From Flavobacteriaceae bacterium (GTDB taxonomy: Bacteria > Bacteroidota > Bacteroidia > Flavobacteriales > Weeksellaceae), in assembly GCA_013333255.2 (NCBI GenBank), contig JABCPE020000007.1, forward strand, positions 137,300 through 201,299: a stretch of 64,000 bases of DNA. Reading direction: 5' to 3'. Made by a program: the position numbers and the translations under genes. The notes under the pieces were generated by a model that was given only the letters and a program-made list of their open reading frames with translations, was not told the origin of the DNA and did no database searches. Below, piece by piece: positions 55,863 to 64,000 of this stretch; the first letter of the stretch is position 1, and every line of letters begins with the position of its first letter.

Positions 55863-58055
55863 TTAATTTGCCACATCACTGATGAATTTTATTCTAAGCA
55901 TTCGGATTTCTTCATCAGTCAAATCATCCGAAAACTCGGCACAAAGCACTTTCATGCTGTCACTTTCTGACTCTTTCATGAAATCCATAAACTCCTCCAC
56001 CAGATCTTCATCTATATTTTCCTCGATATAATAGTCTATATTCAGCTTAGTTCCCTGATAGACAATACTTTCCATTTCAGAAAGAAGTTCATCCATCGTC
56101 AAGTTTTTAGCTTGGGCGATATCCTCCAAATCCATCTTCTTATCGGTATTTTGGATGATGAAAACTTTGTGGTTAGACTTATTGACAAGCTGTTTCAGAA
56201 CCATATCCTGCATACGCTCTATGTTGTTCTCTTCCACATACTTAGCAATAAACTCCGCAAATTCCTTTCCGTATTTTTTAGCTTTGCCTTCGCCTACTCC
56301 ATAGATTTTTGTAATTTCCTCTATAGTAATAGGATACTGTACCGTCATATCCTCCAAACTAGGGTCCATAAAGACTGTATAAGGCGGAATTCCGTGCTTT
56401 TTAGCAACAGATTTTCTTAATTCTTTCAGCTGGTTATACAGATTTTCATCCAAACCTCCACCACTCTGCACCTGAACCTGCTCCGAAGCAGCTTGGCTAA
56501 GGTCATACTTTCTGTCTTCGGCTATCATGAACGGATTTTTCTCTTTTCCAGCCAAGAAGTCAAGCCCTTTTTGAGATAATTTTAAAACACCATAGGTCTC
56601 AATATCTTTATTGATGTAGTTCTGCACCAAAGCCTGTCTGATGATGGATTTCCAGAAATTATCTGTCTGCTCTTTTCCTTTACCGAAGAAAGAAGAGTTT
56701 TCTAATTTATACGATTTCGTAACTGGAGTTTCTCGCCCTAAAAGCACTGAAATCAAATCATTTATCTTAAATTTCTCTTCCAGTTCTTTTATTAGTTCCA
56801 AAACTACTTTCAGTTCTTTGGAAACATCTTTCAGAGTCGGAGGATTTACAGAATTATCACACATTTTAGCTCCAGCGCCATTTACAGGGTCAAACTGCTC
56901 CCCAAAATAATATAATAAATATTGTCTTCTATTCATAGAAGTTTCTGCATAACCCACCACTTCATTCAAAAGCTGAAGACCAATTTCTCTCTCCGAAACA
57001 GGTTTTTGAGCCAAAAACTTCTCTAATTTGTCTATATCTTTCGGGTCATAAAAAGCCAAACAATAGCCCTCGCCGCCGTCTCTTCCTGCTCTTCCTGTTT
57101 CCTGATAGTAGCTTTCCAAAGATTTCGGAATATCATAATGAATCACAAAACGAACATCTGGCTTGTCTATTCCCATCCCAAAGGCTATGGTAGCGACAAT
57201 CACATCCACTTCTTCCATCAGAAACTTGTCCTGATTTGCCACTCGGGATTTTGCGTCTAATCCTGCGTGATACGGCAGAGCATTGATTCCATTTACCTGC
57301 AAAAGCTGGGCAAATTCCTCCACTTTCTTCCTGCTGAGACAATATACTATCCCTGCTTTGCCTTTATTTTGGTTAATGAACTTCACTATTTCCTTATCTA
57401 CATTCACTTTTGGGCGAACTTCGTAGAATAAATTTGGTCTGTTAAAACTTTCCTTAAAGACCACAGCATCAGTCATTCCCAGTGTTTTTTGAATATCATC
57501 CTGAACTTTGGGCGTTGCAGTAGCCGTCAGGGCAATCACAGGAACATTTGCGATTTGGTCTATAATGGTTTTTAGATTACGGTATTCAGGGCGGAAATCA
57601 TGTCCCCATTCCGAGATACAGTGTGCCTCATCTATTGCCACAAAGGAAATTTTCACTTCCTTCAAAAAGTCTAAATATTCTTCTTTTATCAAACTTTCAG
57701 GCGCTACATAGAGCAGTTTGGTTTTCCCAGATTTTATATCATCCATTACGGTTTTGGTCTGGGTTTTATTGAGAGAAGAATTCAGTACATGAGCCACTCC
57801 TTCCTCGGAAAACAGCCCATTCACAGCATCCACCTGATTTTTCATCAAGGCTATAAGTGGAGAAACCACGATTGCCGTTCCCTCGCTCATCAGAGCGGGA
57901 AGCTGGTAGCAAAGAGATTTACCACCACCTGTCGGCATCAAAACGAAAACATCTCTACCCTCCAAGAGCGTAGAAATAATTTCCTCCTGATGTCCTTTAA
58001 AATTAGAAAAACCAAAATATTTTTTTAGAGAATCTGATATTTTCCCATTTTTCAT
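55863..58055 (-). CDS. recQ: ATP-dependent DNA helicase RecQ
   Basis: MPTGGGKSLCYQLPA, DEAHCISEWGHDFRP, and RQC and HRDC regions; 730 aa. Confidence 0.96.
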   Translation of the reverse strand: MKNGKISDSLKKYFGFSNFKGHQEEIISTLLEGRDVFVLMPTGGGKSLCYQLPALMSEGTAIVVSPLIALMKNQVDAVNGLFSEEGVAHVLNSSLNKTQTKTVMDDIKSGKTKLLYVAPESLIKEEYLDFLKEVKISFVAIDEAHCISEWGHDFRPEYRNLKTIIDQIANVPVIALTATATPKVQDDIQKTLGMTDAVVFKESFNRPNLFYEVRPKVNVDKEIVKFINQNKGKAGIVYCLSRKKVEEFAQLLQVNGINALPYHAGLDAKSRVANQDKFLMEEVDVIVATIAFGMGIDKPDVRFVIHYDIPKSLESYYQETGRAGRDGGEGYCLAFYDPKDIDKLEKFLAQKPVSEREIGLQLLNEVVGYAETSMNRRQYLLYYFGEQFDPVNGAGAKMCDNSVNPPTLKDVSKELKVVLELIKELEEKFKINDLISVLLGRETPVTKSYKLENSSFFGKGKEQTDNFWKSIIRQALVQNYINKDIETYGVLKLSQKGLDFLAGKEKNPFMIAEDRKYDLSQAASEQVQVQSGGGLDENLYNQLKELRKSVAKKHGIPPYTVFMDPSLEDMTVQYPITIEEITKIYGVGEGKAKKYGKEFAEFIAKYVEENNIERMQDMVLKQLVNKSNHKVFIIQNTDKKMDLEDIAQAKNLTMDELLSEMESIVYQGTKLNIDYYIEENIDEDLVEEFMDFMKESESDSMKVLCAEFSDDLTDEEIRMLRIKFISDVAN

Positions 58056-58188
58056 ACTTACTTATTTGTTTTTAGTTTTTATTCAAAAAATTAATTCTGT
58101 GAGGTGTCTTATACCAAAGGTAAGAAATAAATTTGATTTGCAAAGAATGTTATGCAATTTTTATTCTTTAATTTTGACAAAAAATTAT

Positions 58189-58196
58189 TATTTTTG
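58189..58196 (+). promoter_or_regulatory. Candidate -7 box (TATTTTTG)
   Basis: Matches TAnnTTTG. A second match (TAATTTTG) is at 58169-58176. Confidence 0.3.
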
Positions 58197-58230
58197 AACG
58201 GAAATGTAAAAGTAATAAAATTTTACCAAA

Positions 58231-59187
58231 TTGAACTCAATAGATTTAATCCAAATAGCAAAAAATACCATCTCTGCAGAAATGGAAGAGCTGGAAGCCT
58301 TGAAAAATCGTATCGATGAAAACTTTAATAAGGCCGTAAATACCATTCATAAAGCCAAAGGAAAACTGATTGTAGTTGGCATTGGGAAGAGCGCCCACAT
58401 CGGGAATAAGATAGTGGCAACGCTGAATTCCACAGGAACGCCGTCACAATTCCTGCACGCCGCCGAGGCTATTCATGGAGATTTAGGAGTTATTCAGAAA
58501 GATGATGTGGTGCTGTGCATCTCCAATTCAGGAAATTCGCCTGAAATCGTAAATCTTCTGCCGTTTTTAAAGCAATATTCTTCGGCGCTCATTGGGATGA
58601 CAGGAAATATGAAAAGCAAACTTGCCGAGTTTTCGGAAATTACCTTAAACACCCATGTTTCCAAAGAAGCCTGCCCTAATCAACTGGCTCCTACCACTTC
58701 CACTACGGTGCAGCTGGCTCTGGGCGATGCTCTAGCAATGTGTCTGATGGAACTTAACCAATTCAAAAAAGAGGATTTCGCTAAATTCCACCCTGGTGGA
58801 GCTTTGGGCAAACAAACCGCGAAAGTAGAGCAGTTTCTCTCTCAAAACAAACCAAAAGTGGACATCAATGCCACTATAAAAGAAGTCATTATCTCCATCA
58901 GCAGCTCTAAACACGGCATCACTGTAATTACCGAAAACGAAGAAATAAAAGGTGTAATCACCGATGGCGACCTGCGAAGAATGCTCTCCGAAAGAGACTC
59001 TATTTCAGGGATTTTCGCAAGAGATATTATGAGTAAAAACCCTAAAACCATAGAGAAAAGTGCCCTCGCAAAGGAAGCCATGCAGATACTGAAACAGAAC
59101 AACATAGGACAGCTGGTCGTGACAGACCACGGAAAATACTTCGGAATTATAGACCTACACCGCCTTTTGGATGAGGGCATAAATTAA
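58231..59187 (+). CDS. kpsF: KpsF/GutQ-family arabinose-5-phosphate isomerase (SIS plus two CBS domains); TTG start
   Basis: VVGIGKSAHIGNKIVATLNSTGTPS, then a CBS pair in the C-terminal third. Confidence 0.9.
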   Translation: MNSIDLIQIAKNTISAEMEELEALKNRIDENFNKAVNTIHKAKGKLIVVGIGKSAHIGNKIVATLNSTGTPSQFLHAAEAIHGDLGVIQKDDVVLCISNSGNSPEIVNLLPFLKQYSSALIGMTGNMKSKLAEFSEITLNTHVSKEACPNQLAPTTSTTVQLALGDALAMCLMELNQFKKEDFAKFHPGGALGKQTAKVEQFLSQNKPKVDINATIKEVIISISSSKHGITVITENEEIKGVITDGDLRRMLSERDSISGIFARDIMSKNPKTIEKSALAKEAMQILKQNNIGQLVVTDHGKYFGIIDLHRLLDEGIN

Positions 59188-59195
59188 AAAATAGA

Positions 59196-60008
59196 ATGAG
59201 CGACCAAAAAGAAATGTCTTTTTTAGACCATTTGGGAGAACTGCGCGGACACCTTATAAGATCTGTAATAGCCATCATCATCGCTGCAGTTTTCATCGGA
59301 ATCAATACCAATTGGGTAGTGGATAATATCCTATTCTACCCTACCAAACCTGATTTTCCTACTTTTAAATACATTAATTACTTTACCCAAGAATATTTGG
59401 GCGAAGAAAGCATTTCGCTTCCTGAGACATTTCCTATACAAGTGCGAAAACTGTACGAGCAGTTTAATGTAATGATGTCTATTTCTATTTTTGGAGGAAT
59501 TCTTTTGGCGTTTCCTTATATTATTTGGGAGCTGTGGAGATTTATCAGTCCTGCTCTTCTGCCGAACGAAAGAAAATATTCGCTTATCATCATCCATGGA
59601 ACTTGGATTTTGTTTTTCTTTGGAGCGCTGTGCGGGTATTTCATCATTTTGCCATTCGCTATCAATTTTGGGTATTTCTTTAGAATTTCAGATGAAATCA
59701 AACTGAGCTATGACCTGTCTGACTATCTTTCCATATTCCTACAAGTGGTTTTTGGAATGGCGATTATCTTCCTATTTCCGATGATAGTCTATGTTTTGAC
59801 TTCATTAGGAATTCTTACTCCTCAGCTGATGAAAACTTACCGAAGACACGCCATTGTCATCATTATGATTATCGCAGCTATCATCACGCCTGCCGATGTG
59901 GTCAGTATGTTTATCGCGGCTATTCCGCTACTGTTACTCTATGAAATGAGTATCGCAATGGCTCAAATCATCCATAAAAGACTACTAAAAGAACAGAATT
60001 TAGATTAA
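59196..60008 (+). CDS. tatC: Twin-arginine translocase subunit TatC
   Basis: MSFLDHLGELRGHLI, six TM segments, and PADVVS near the C-terminus. Confidence 0.93.
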   Translation: MSDQKEMSFLDHLGELRGHLIRSVIAIIIAAVFIGINTNWVVDNILFYPTKPDFPTFKYINYFTQEYLGEESISLPETFPIQVRKLYEQFNVMMSISIFGGILLAFPYIIWELWRFISPALLPNERKYSLIIIHGTWILFFFGALCGYFIILPFAINFGYFFRISDEIKLSYDLSDYLSIFLQVVFGMAIIFLFPMIVYVLTSLGILTPQLMKTYRRHAIVIIMIIAAIITPADVVSMFIAAIPLLLLYEMSIAMAQIIHKRLLKEQNLD

Positions 60009-60011
60009 ATC

Positions 60012-60045
60012 AAAAAAGGTCAGAATTTTCGTTCTGACCTTTTAA
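60012..60045. terminator. Bidirectional rho-independent terminator
   Basis: GGTCAGAA (60018-60025) pairs with TTCTGACC (60032-60039), flanked by A6 and T4. Confidence 0.85.
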
Positions 60046-60060
60046 TTTTATAATTTTTCT

Positions 60061-60738
60061 TTATTTCTTTTTCTCCAAAACTTCATCTACCATTCCCATT
60101 TCTTTCGCTTCAGTAGAAGTCATCCAGTAGTCTCTATCAGAGGCTTTTTCTACCCATTCGTAAGACTGTCCAGAATGCTCGGAAATAATGTCATAAAGTT
60201 CTTTTTTCAATTTAAGCATTTCTCTCAAATTGATTTCCATATCGCTCGCAACTCCCTGTGCGCCGCCGCTCGGCTGGTGAATCATCACTCTGGAATGCTT
60301 CAATGCAGAACGCTTTCCTTTTTCACCTGCAACCAAAAGCACCGCTCCCATAGAAGCCGCCATACCTGTACAAATCGTAGCTACATCTGGTTTGATAATC
60401 TGCATCGTGTCATAAATTCCCAATCCTGCATAAACACTTCCACCAGGCGAATTGATATAAATCTGAATATCCTTGCTCGGGTCAGCACTTTCCAAAAACA
60501 ACAGCTGTGCCGTCACGATATTCGCCACTTGGTCATCAATTCCTGTTCCCAAAAAGATGATTCTATCCATCATCAGTCTTGAGAAAACATCCATCTGCGC
60601 TACATTCAGCCTTCTTTCTTCAGTGATGTATGGTGTAAGGTTGGTAGGATTGAACATTCCCATATATTGGTCTGTTACCAGCCCATTATTTCCTAAATGT
60701 TTTACAGAAAAATCTCTAAATTCTTTCTTTATGTCCAT
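60061..60738 (-). CDS. clpP: ATP-dependent Clp protease proteolytic subunit
   Basis: GMAASMGAVLL (active-site Ser), MIHQP (His), and DRDYWM. Confidence 0.97.
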   Translation of the reverse strand: MDIKKEFRDFSVKHLGNNGLVTDQYMGMFNPTNLTPYITEERRLNVAQMDVFSRLMMDRIIFLGTGIDDQVANIVTAQLLFLESADPSKDIQIYINSPGGSVYAGLGIYDTMQIIKPDVATICTGMAASMGAVLLVAGEKGKRSALKHSRVMIHQPSGGAQGVASDMEINLREMLKLKKELYDIISEHSGQSYEWVEKASDRDYWMTSTEAKEMGMVDEVLEKKK

Positions 60739-60756
60739 ATATAAATCTTTTTAAGG

Positions 60757-61047
60757 TTAATTATTTACAAAATAAGCAAATTTTTCATCAAATTTGGTCG
60801 GAATAAACTCTATAAATTCATATTCTGCAATTTCATTTTTATAAAATGGGTCTTCTTTCATTACATCAATTACCATTTCTTTATCTTTTTCATTTACAAG
60901 AATAATCCCTCCCGTTCTTGGATTTTTTCTTCCAGAACAGATGAATTTTCCGAGCAAATAGTATTTATCCAGAAAATCCACATGTTCTTTTAAATATTTT
61001 TCTACTTCACTGATTTCCTTTTTGTAGTTTAATGATACTATAAACAT
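60757..61047 (-). CDS. YciI-family protein
   Basis: 96 aa with the pattern H.DFL.......G.F..SGR......GGIIL. Confidence 0.65.
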   Translation of the reverse strand: MFIVSLNYKKEISEVEKYLKEHVDFLDKYYLLGKFICSGRKNPRTGGIILVNEKDKEMVIDVMKEDPFYKNEIAEYEFIEFIPTKFDEKFAYFVNN

Positions 61048-61102
61048 AGTTTTATCTCCTTTTTCTCAAAAATTATTCCAATTTCCAAAGGTAACCAATC
61101 TA

Positions 61103-63025
61103 TCACAAAATCCGAAAAAGTTTTTGGTCTATTTTGATTTTTAATTGATTTAGTCTGACGATTTGTTCATAAATTTCTGCTTTTTCTTCCGTTTCATCCA
61201 GACTTTTTTTCAGATCTTCTATCAGTTTCAGCACATATTCTCTCTTATGGCGAAGGATAACATCCCTTACGACTTTACCCAAAACTTCTTCTTCAACTGG
61301 GAAATAAATATTAAACTTCTTCCAGTTGCTGATTTCGTGATTTTCCACCAAAGCATCGGCTATTTTCCCTGAAATATCTTCGTCCATAAGCCCAAAAAAG
61401 AAATTCCCAGAGCGGATTTCGTTCTGTTCCAAGCCCTGTTGTATTTCCTCTATGATTTTTTTATTGGTTTCCGTAAAGATTTCGCAGTCATCTTCCTGAA
61501 AATGATGGATAATTTCCTCTATCACAGTGGTTTGATAGGTATTGTTTTCAGAGTCTCTTCGGGTTAAAATCCTGTCGCCGTATTTCAGCATCAGCTCCAT
61601 CAATTCTTCTTCCAAAGTTAATAACGACGAGATATTTTCAAAATTATAAAATTGCTTTTCCTCGGTTTTTGAGACGATTTCCAGTTTTGGTTTTGGCTGT
61701 GGCTGCCCTTTCAAAATCTGTTTTTGAACCTGAAGTTCATCAAAAAGATTTCTTTCCGTGAGCCCAAACTGAGTCGCTATCTGTTTGAGGTAAATTTCCT
61801 GTTTCAGCCCATTTTCCACATGCGCCACAGATTTCACAATATCTCTGATGGCTTCGGCCTTTTTTATTGGGTCGTTTTCAGCTTCTTTAAGGAGAATTTC
61901 AGCTTTAAAATCGATGAAATCTTTTGAATTTTCTTTAATGAAATTTTTAACAAACTCCATCGAATTTTCCCTCGCAAAGCTGTCTGGGTCGTGTCCCTCT
62001 GGAAACAGCAGAATACGGATATTCATACTTTCCGCAAGGAGCATGTCTATACTTCGGAAACTCGCCTTTATTCCTGCCGCATCGCCATCGAAAAGAATGG
62101 TAACATTCTCGGTCAGCCTTTTTATCAGCTTTATCTGCTCCGTGGTTAGGGAAGTTCCAGAGCTTGCCACCACATTTTCTATTCCAGACTGATGAAGGGC
62201 GACCACATCCATGTAGCCCTCCACCAAGAGACACATATTTTCGCGCGAAACGGCTTGTTTAGACTGAAACAATCCATACAATACATTGGATTTATGATAA
62301 ATCTCTGTTTCGGGCGAGTTCAGGTATTTCGCGGTTTTTGTATTTGATTTTAAAATCCTGCCGCCAAATCCCAGCACACGCCCAGAAAATCCATGAATAG
62401 GGAAAATCACCCTTTCACGGAAACGGTCTATTCCTTCGGTAGATTTTTCCGAAAAGATGGAAAGTCCAGATTTCTCTAAAATTTCTTTGGAATAGCCTTT
62501 TTCTATGGCATGTTGCGTAAAGGCATTTTTGAGTTCTGGAGAATATCCGAGCTGAAATTTCTTGATGGTTTCTGGTTTCAGTTCGCGTTCTTTGAAATAG
62601 GAAAGCCCTATATTCCGCCCTTCTTCGGTTTCATAAAGCTGGTTCTGAAAAAAATCATTCGCTACTTCGTGGATTTTGTATAACAAATCCTTGTCGGTCT
62701 GCGCTTTTTTTTCTTCTTCGGTGAGGTCTTTTTTCAGCTCCTCTATTTCTATTCCGTACTTTTTAGCAGCATAGCGGAGAGCTTCTGGATAGGAAAACCC
62801 TTCGATTTCCATCAAAAAAGAAATCGCCGTACCGCCTTTCCCAGAAGAGAAATCTTTCCAAATCTGTTTACTAGGAGAAACTATAAAACTCGGCGTTTTT
62901 TCATCTACAAAAGGGCTGAGACCTTTATAGTTAGAGCCTGCTCTTTTCAGCTGGACATATTCGCCGACGATTTCCTCCACACGAATGACAGAAAAAATCT
63001 TATCTATGGTTTCTTTTGTAATCAT
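61103..63025 (-). CDS. dnaG: DNA primase
   Basis: N-terminal zinc-binding-region pattern (GLSPFVDEKTPSFIVSPSKQIWKDFSSG), and TOPRIM (LVEGYMDV, LFDGDAAG). Confidence 0.95.
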   Translation of the reverse strand: MITKETIDKIFSVIRVEEIVGEYVQLKRAGSNYKGLSPFVDEKTPSFIVSPSKQIWKDFSSGKGGTAISFLMEIEGFSYPEALRYAAKKYGIEIEELKKDLTEEEKKAQTDKDLLYKIHEVANDFFQNQLYETEEGRNIGLSYFKERELKPETIKKFQLGYSPELKNAFTQHAIEKGYSKEILEKSGLSIFSEKSTEGIDRFRERVIFPIHGFSGRVLGFGGRILKSNTKTAKYLNSPETEIYHKSNVLYGLFQSKQAVSRENMCLLVEGYMDVVALHQSGIENVVASSGTSLTTEQIKLIKRLTENVTILFDGDAAGIKASFRSIDMLLAESMNIRILLFPEGHDPDSFARENSMEFVKNFIKENSKDFIDFKAEILLKEAENDPIKKAEAIRDIVKSVAHVENGLKQEIYLKQIATQFGLTERNLFDELQVQKQILKGQPQPKPKLEIVSKTEEKQFYNFENISSLLTLEEELMELMLKYGDRILTRRDSENNTYQTTVIEEIIHHFQEDDCEIFTETNKKIIEEIQQGLEQNEIRSGNFFFGLMDEDISGKIADALVENHEISNWKKFNIYFPVEEEVLGKVVRDVILRHKREYVLKLIEDLKKSLDETEEKAEIYEQIVRLNQLKIKIDQKLFRIL

Positions 63026-63164
63026 GGGCGTAAAATTATGAATTTTATTTAAAACCTAAATCTTTTATAATGTGTATAAGTGTTTATAAAATAAAATTTT
63101 ATTGTTCGCTTTTTTTTTGCATTTTTGCATATCATTTTTAACTCAAAATTTATACCTACAAAAA

Positions 63165-64000
63165 ATGAAAATAAAATATTCTGAGCTAATAGACCAGACC
63201 TTATATTTCCCACAGGAAGAGTTCAACTATGACAGCGAAAGCCTGCACTTTCACGGAATCAATCTGATGAATGTGGTGGAGCAGTTCGGAACGCCGCTGA
63301 AAATAAGTTACCTTCCAAAAATTTCACAAAATATACAAAGAGCCAAAAAATGGTTCGCGGAAGCTATCGATAAAAACGACTACAAAAACGGCTACAGATA
63401 CTGCTACTGCACGAAATCCAGCCATTTTTCTTTCGTTTTGGAAGAAGCTCTGAAAAATGACATCAGCGTGGAGACTTCCTCTGCATTTGACATCGATATC
63501 GTGAAAAAACTCTTTGAAAAAGGGAAAGTAAGCCGAGATATAGAAGTTATCTGTAATGGTTTTAAAACAGATGATTATCTTGAAAAAATTTCAAATCTAA
63601 TCAATGATGGTTTTGAAAATGTAATGCCGATAATTGACAACTATCGTGAGCTGGACAAACTGACAGAAAGCATCGACAGAACCTTTGATATCGGTATCCG
63701 TATCGCATCAGAGGAAGAACCAAAATTTGAATTTTATACATCAAGATTGGGAATTGGATACAAGGACATTATCCCTTATTACAGCCAAAAAATCGCAGAA
63801 CATCCGAATGCTAGGCTGAAAATGCTCCATTTCTTCATCAATACAGGAATAAAAGACACCGCATATTACTGGAACGAATTGTTCAAATGTCTGCGTGTTT
63901 ATGCTCGTTTGAAGAAAATCGCACCAGAGGTAGATTCCCTAAACATAGGTGGAGGACTACCTATAAAAACTTCTCTTAATTTTGACTATGATTATGAGTA
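63165..64000 (+). CDS. speA: Arginine decarboxylase (fold-type III PLP enzyme), 5' part only; it runs off the window end
   Basis: My own translation from the ATG at 63165 gives MKIKYSELIDQTLYFPQEEF...YCTKSSHFSF (PLP Lys)...LNIGGGLPIK. There is no stop before 64000, and it is not in the ORF track because it is open-ended. Confidence 0.8.
   Translation, partial: MKIKYSELIDQTLYFPQEEFNYDSESLHFHGINLMNVVEQFGTPLKISYLPKISQNIQRAKKWFAEAIDKNDYKNGYRYCYCTKSSHFSFVLEEALKNDISVETSSAFDIDIVKKLFEKGKVSRDIEVICNGFKTDDYLEKISNLINDGFENVMPIIDNYRELDKLTESIDRTFDIGIRIASEEEPKFEFYTSRLGIGYKDIIPYYSQKIAEHPNARLKMLHFFINTGIKDTAYYWNELFKCLRVYARLKKIAPEVDSLNIGGGLPIKTSLNFDYDYE

Noticed and set aside
1-64000. Search for tRNA, rRNA, tmRNA, RNase P, riboswitches, CRISPR arrays, integrases and prophage genes
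   Set aside because: Reading the intergenic regions showed no T-loop-type GGTTCGAAT motifs, no spaced direct repeats, no recognisable structured-RNA consensus and no recombinase-like ORFs. Covariance-model scans (Infernal/tRNAscan) were not possible, so small RNAs cannot be excluded.

Overview
A low-GC chromosomal segment with the look of Bacteroidota/Flavobacteriales, possibly Weeksellaceae-like. The taxonomy is inferred only from protein sequence flavour, TAnnTTTG-type promoter boxes and the lack of Shine-Dalgarno sites. About 80% of the window is ordinary housekeeping: recX, glyA, purA, hpt, adk, obg, korB-like, E2 acyltransferase, SulP, speB, murA, mpl-like, plsC-like, relA/spoT, nhaA, rlmH, OmpA-family, BamA/TamA-like, ychF, M1 aminopeptidase, thyA, recQ, kpsF, tatC, clpP, dnaG, and the 5' part of speA. 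Many of these genes are followed by clear rho-independent hairpins. I found no rRNA, tRNA, CRISPR array, intact transposase, integrase or prophage genes.

Four pockets are not housekeeping.
(1) 63-3915 is a same-strand array of six small cytoplasmic genes of immunity-protein-like character (DUF4304-like, DUF6794-like, WG-repeat) with no toxin gene. Its first gene carries a visible 1-nt frameshift.
(2) 5492-8353 is a divergent module: an HTH protein opposite a YD-repeat-like protein plus a UDG-fold-like protein, with a perfect 2 x 10 bp tandem repeat in the shared promoter region.
(3) 22285-24940 is a very AT-rich, decayed island. It holds an Rhs-core fragment (DHLGNVRLSY), an HExxH ORF, several small lipoprotein ORFs and stubs, and a hexanucleotide repeat.
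(4) 55221-55837 is a 16-nt-overlapping pair of ~100-aa ORFs between recQ and a glycosyltransferase, resembling an antitoxin/ParE-RelE-like pair.

None of these is a demonstrated new system. The best candidates for follow-up are the orphan immunity-like array, the decayed Rhs/immunity island, and the HTH/YD-like/UDG-like module. All family assignments come from reading motifs by eye. No searches or computations were run.
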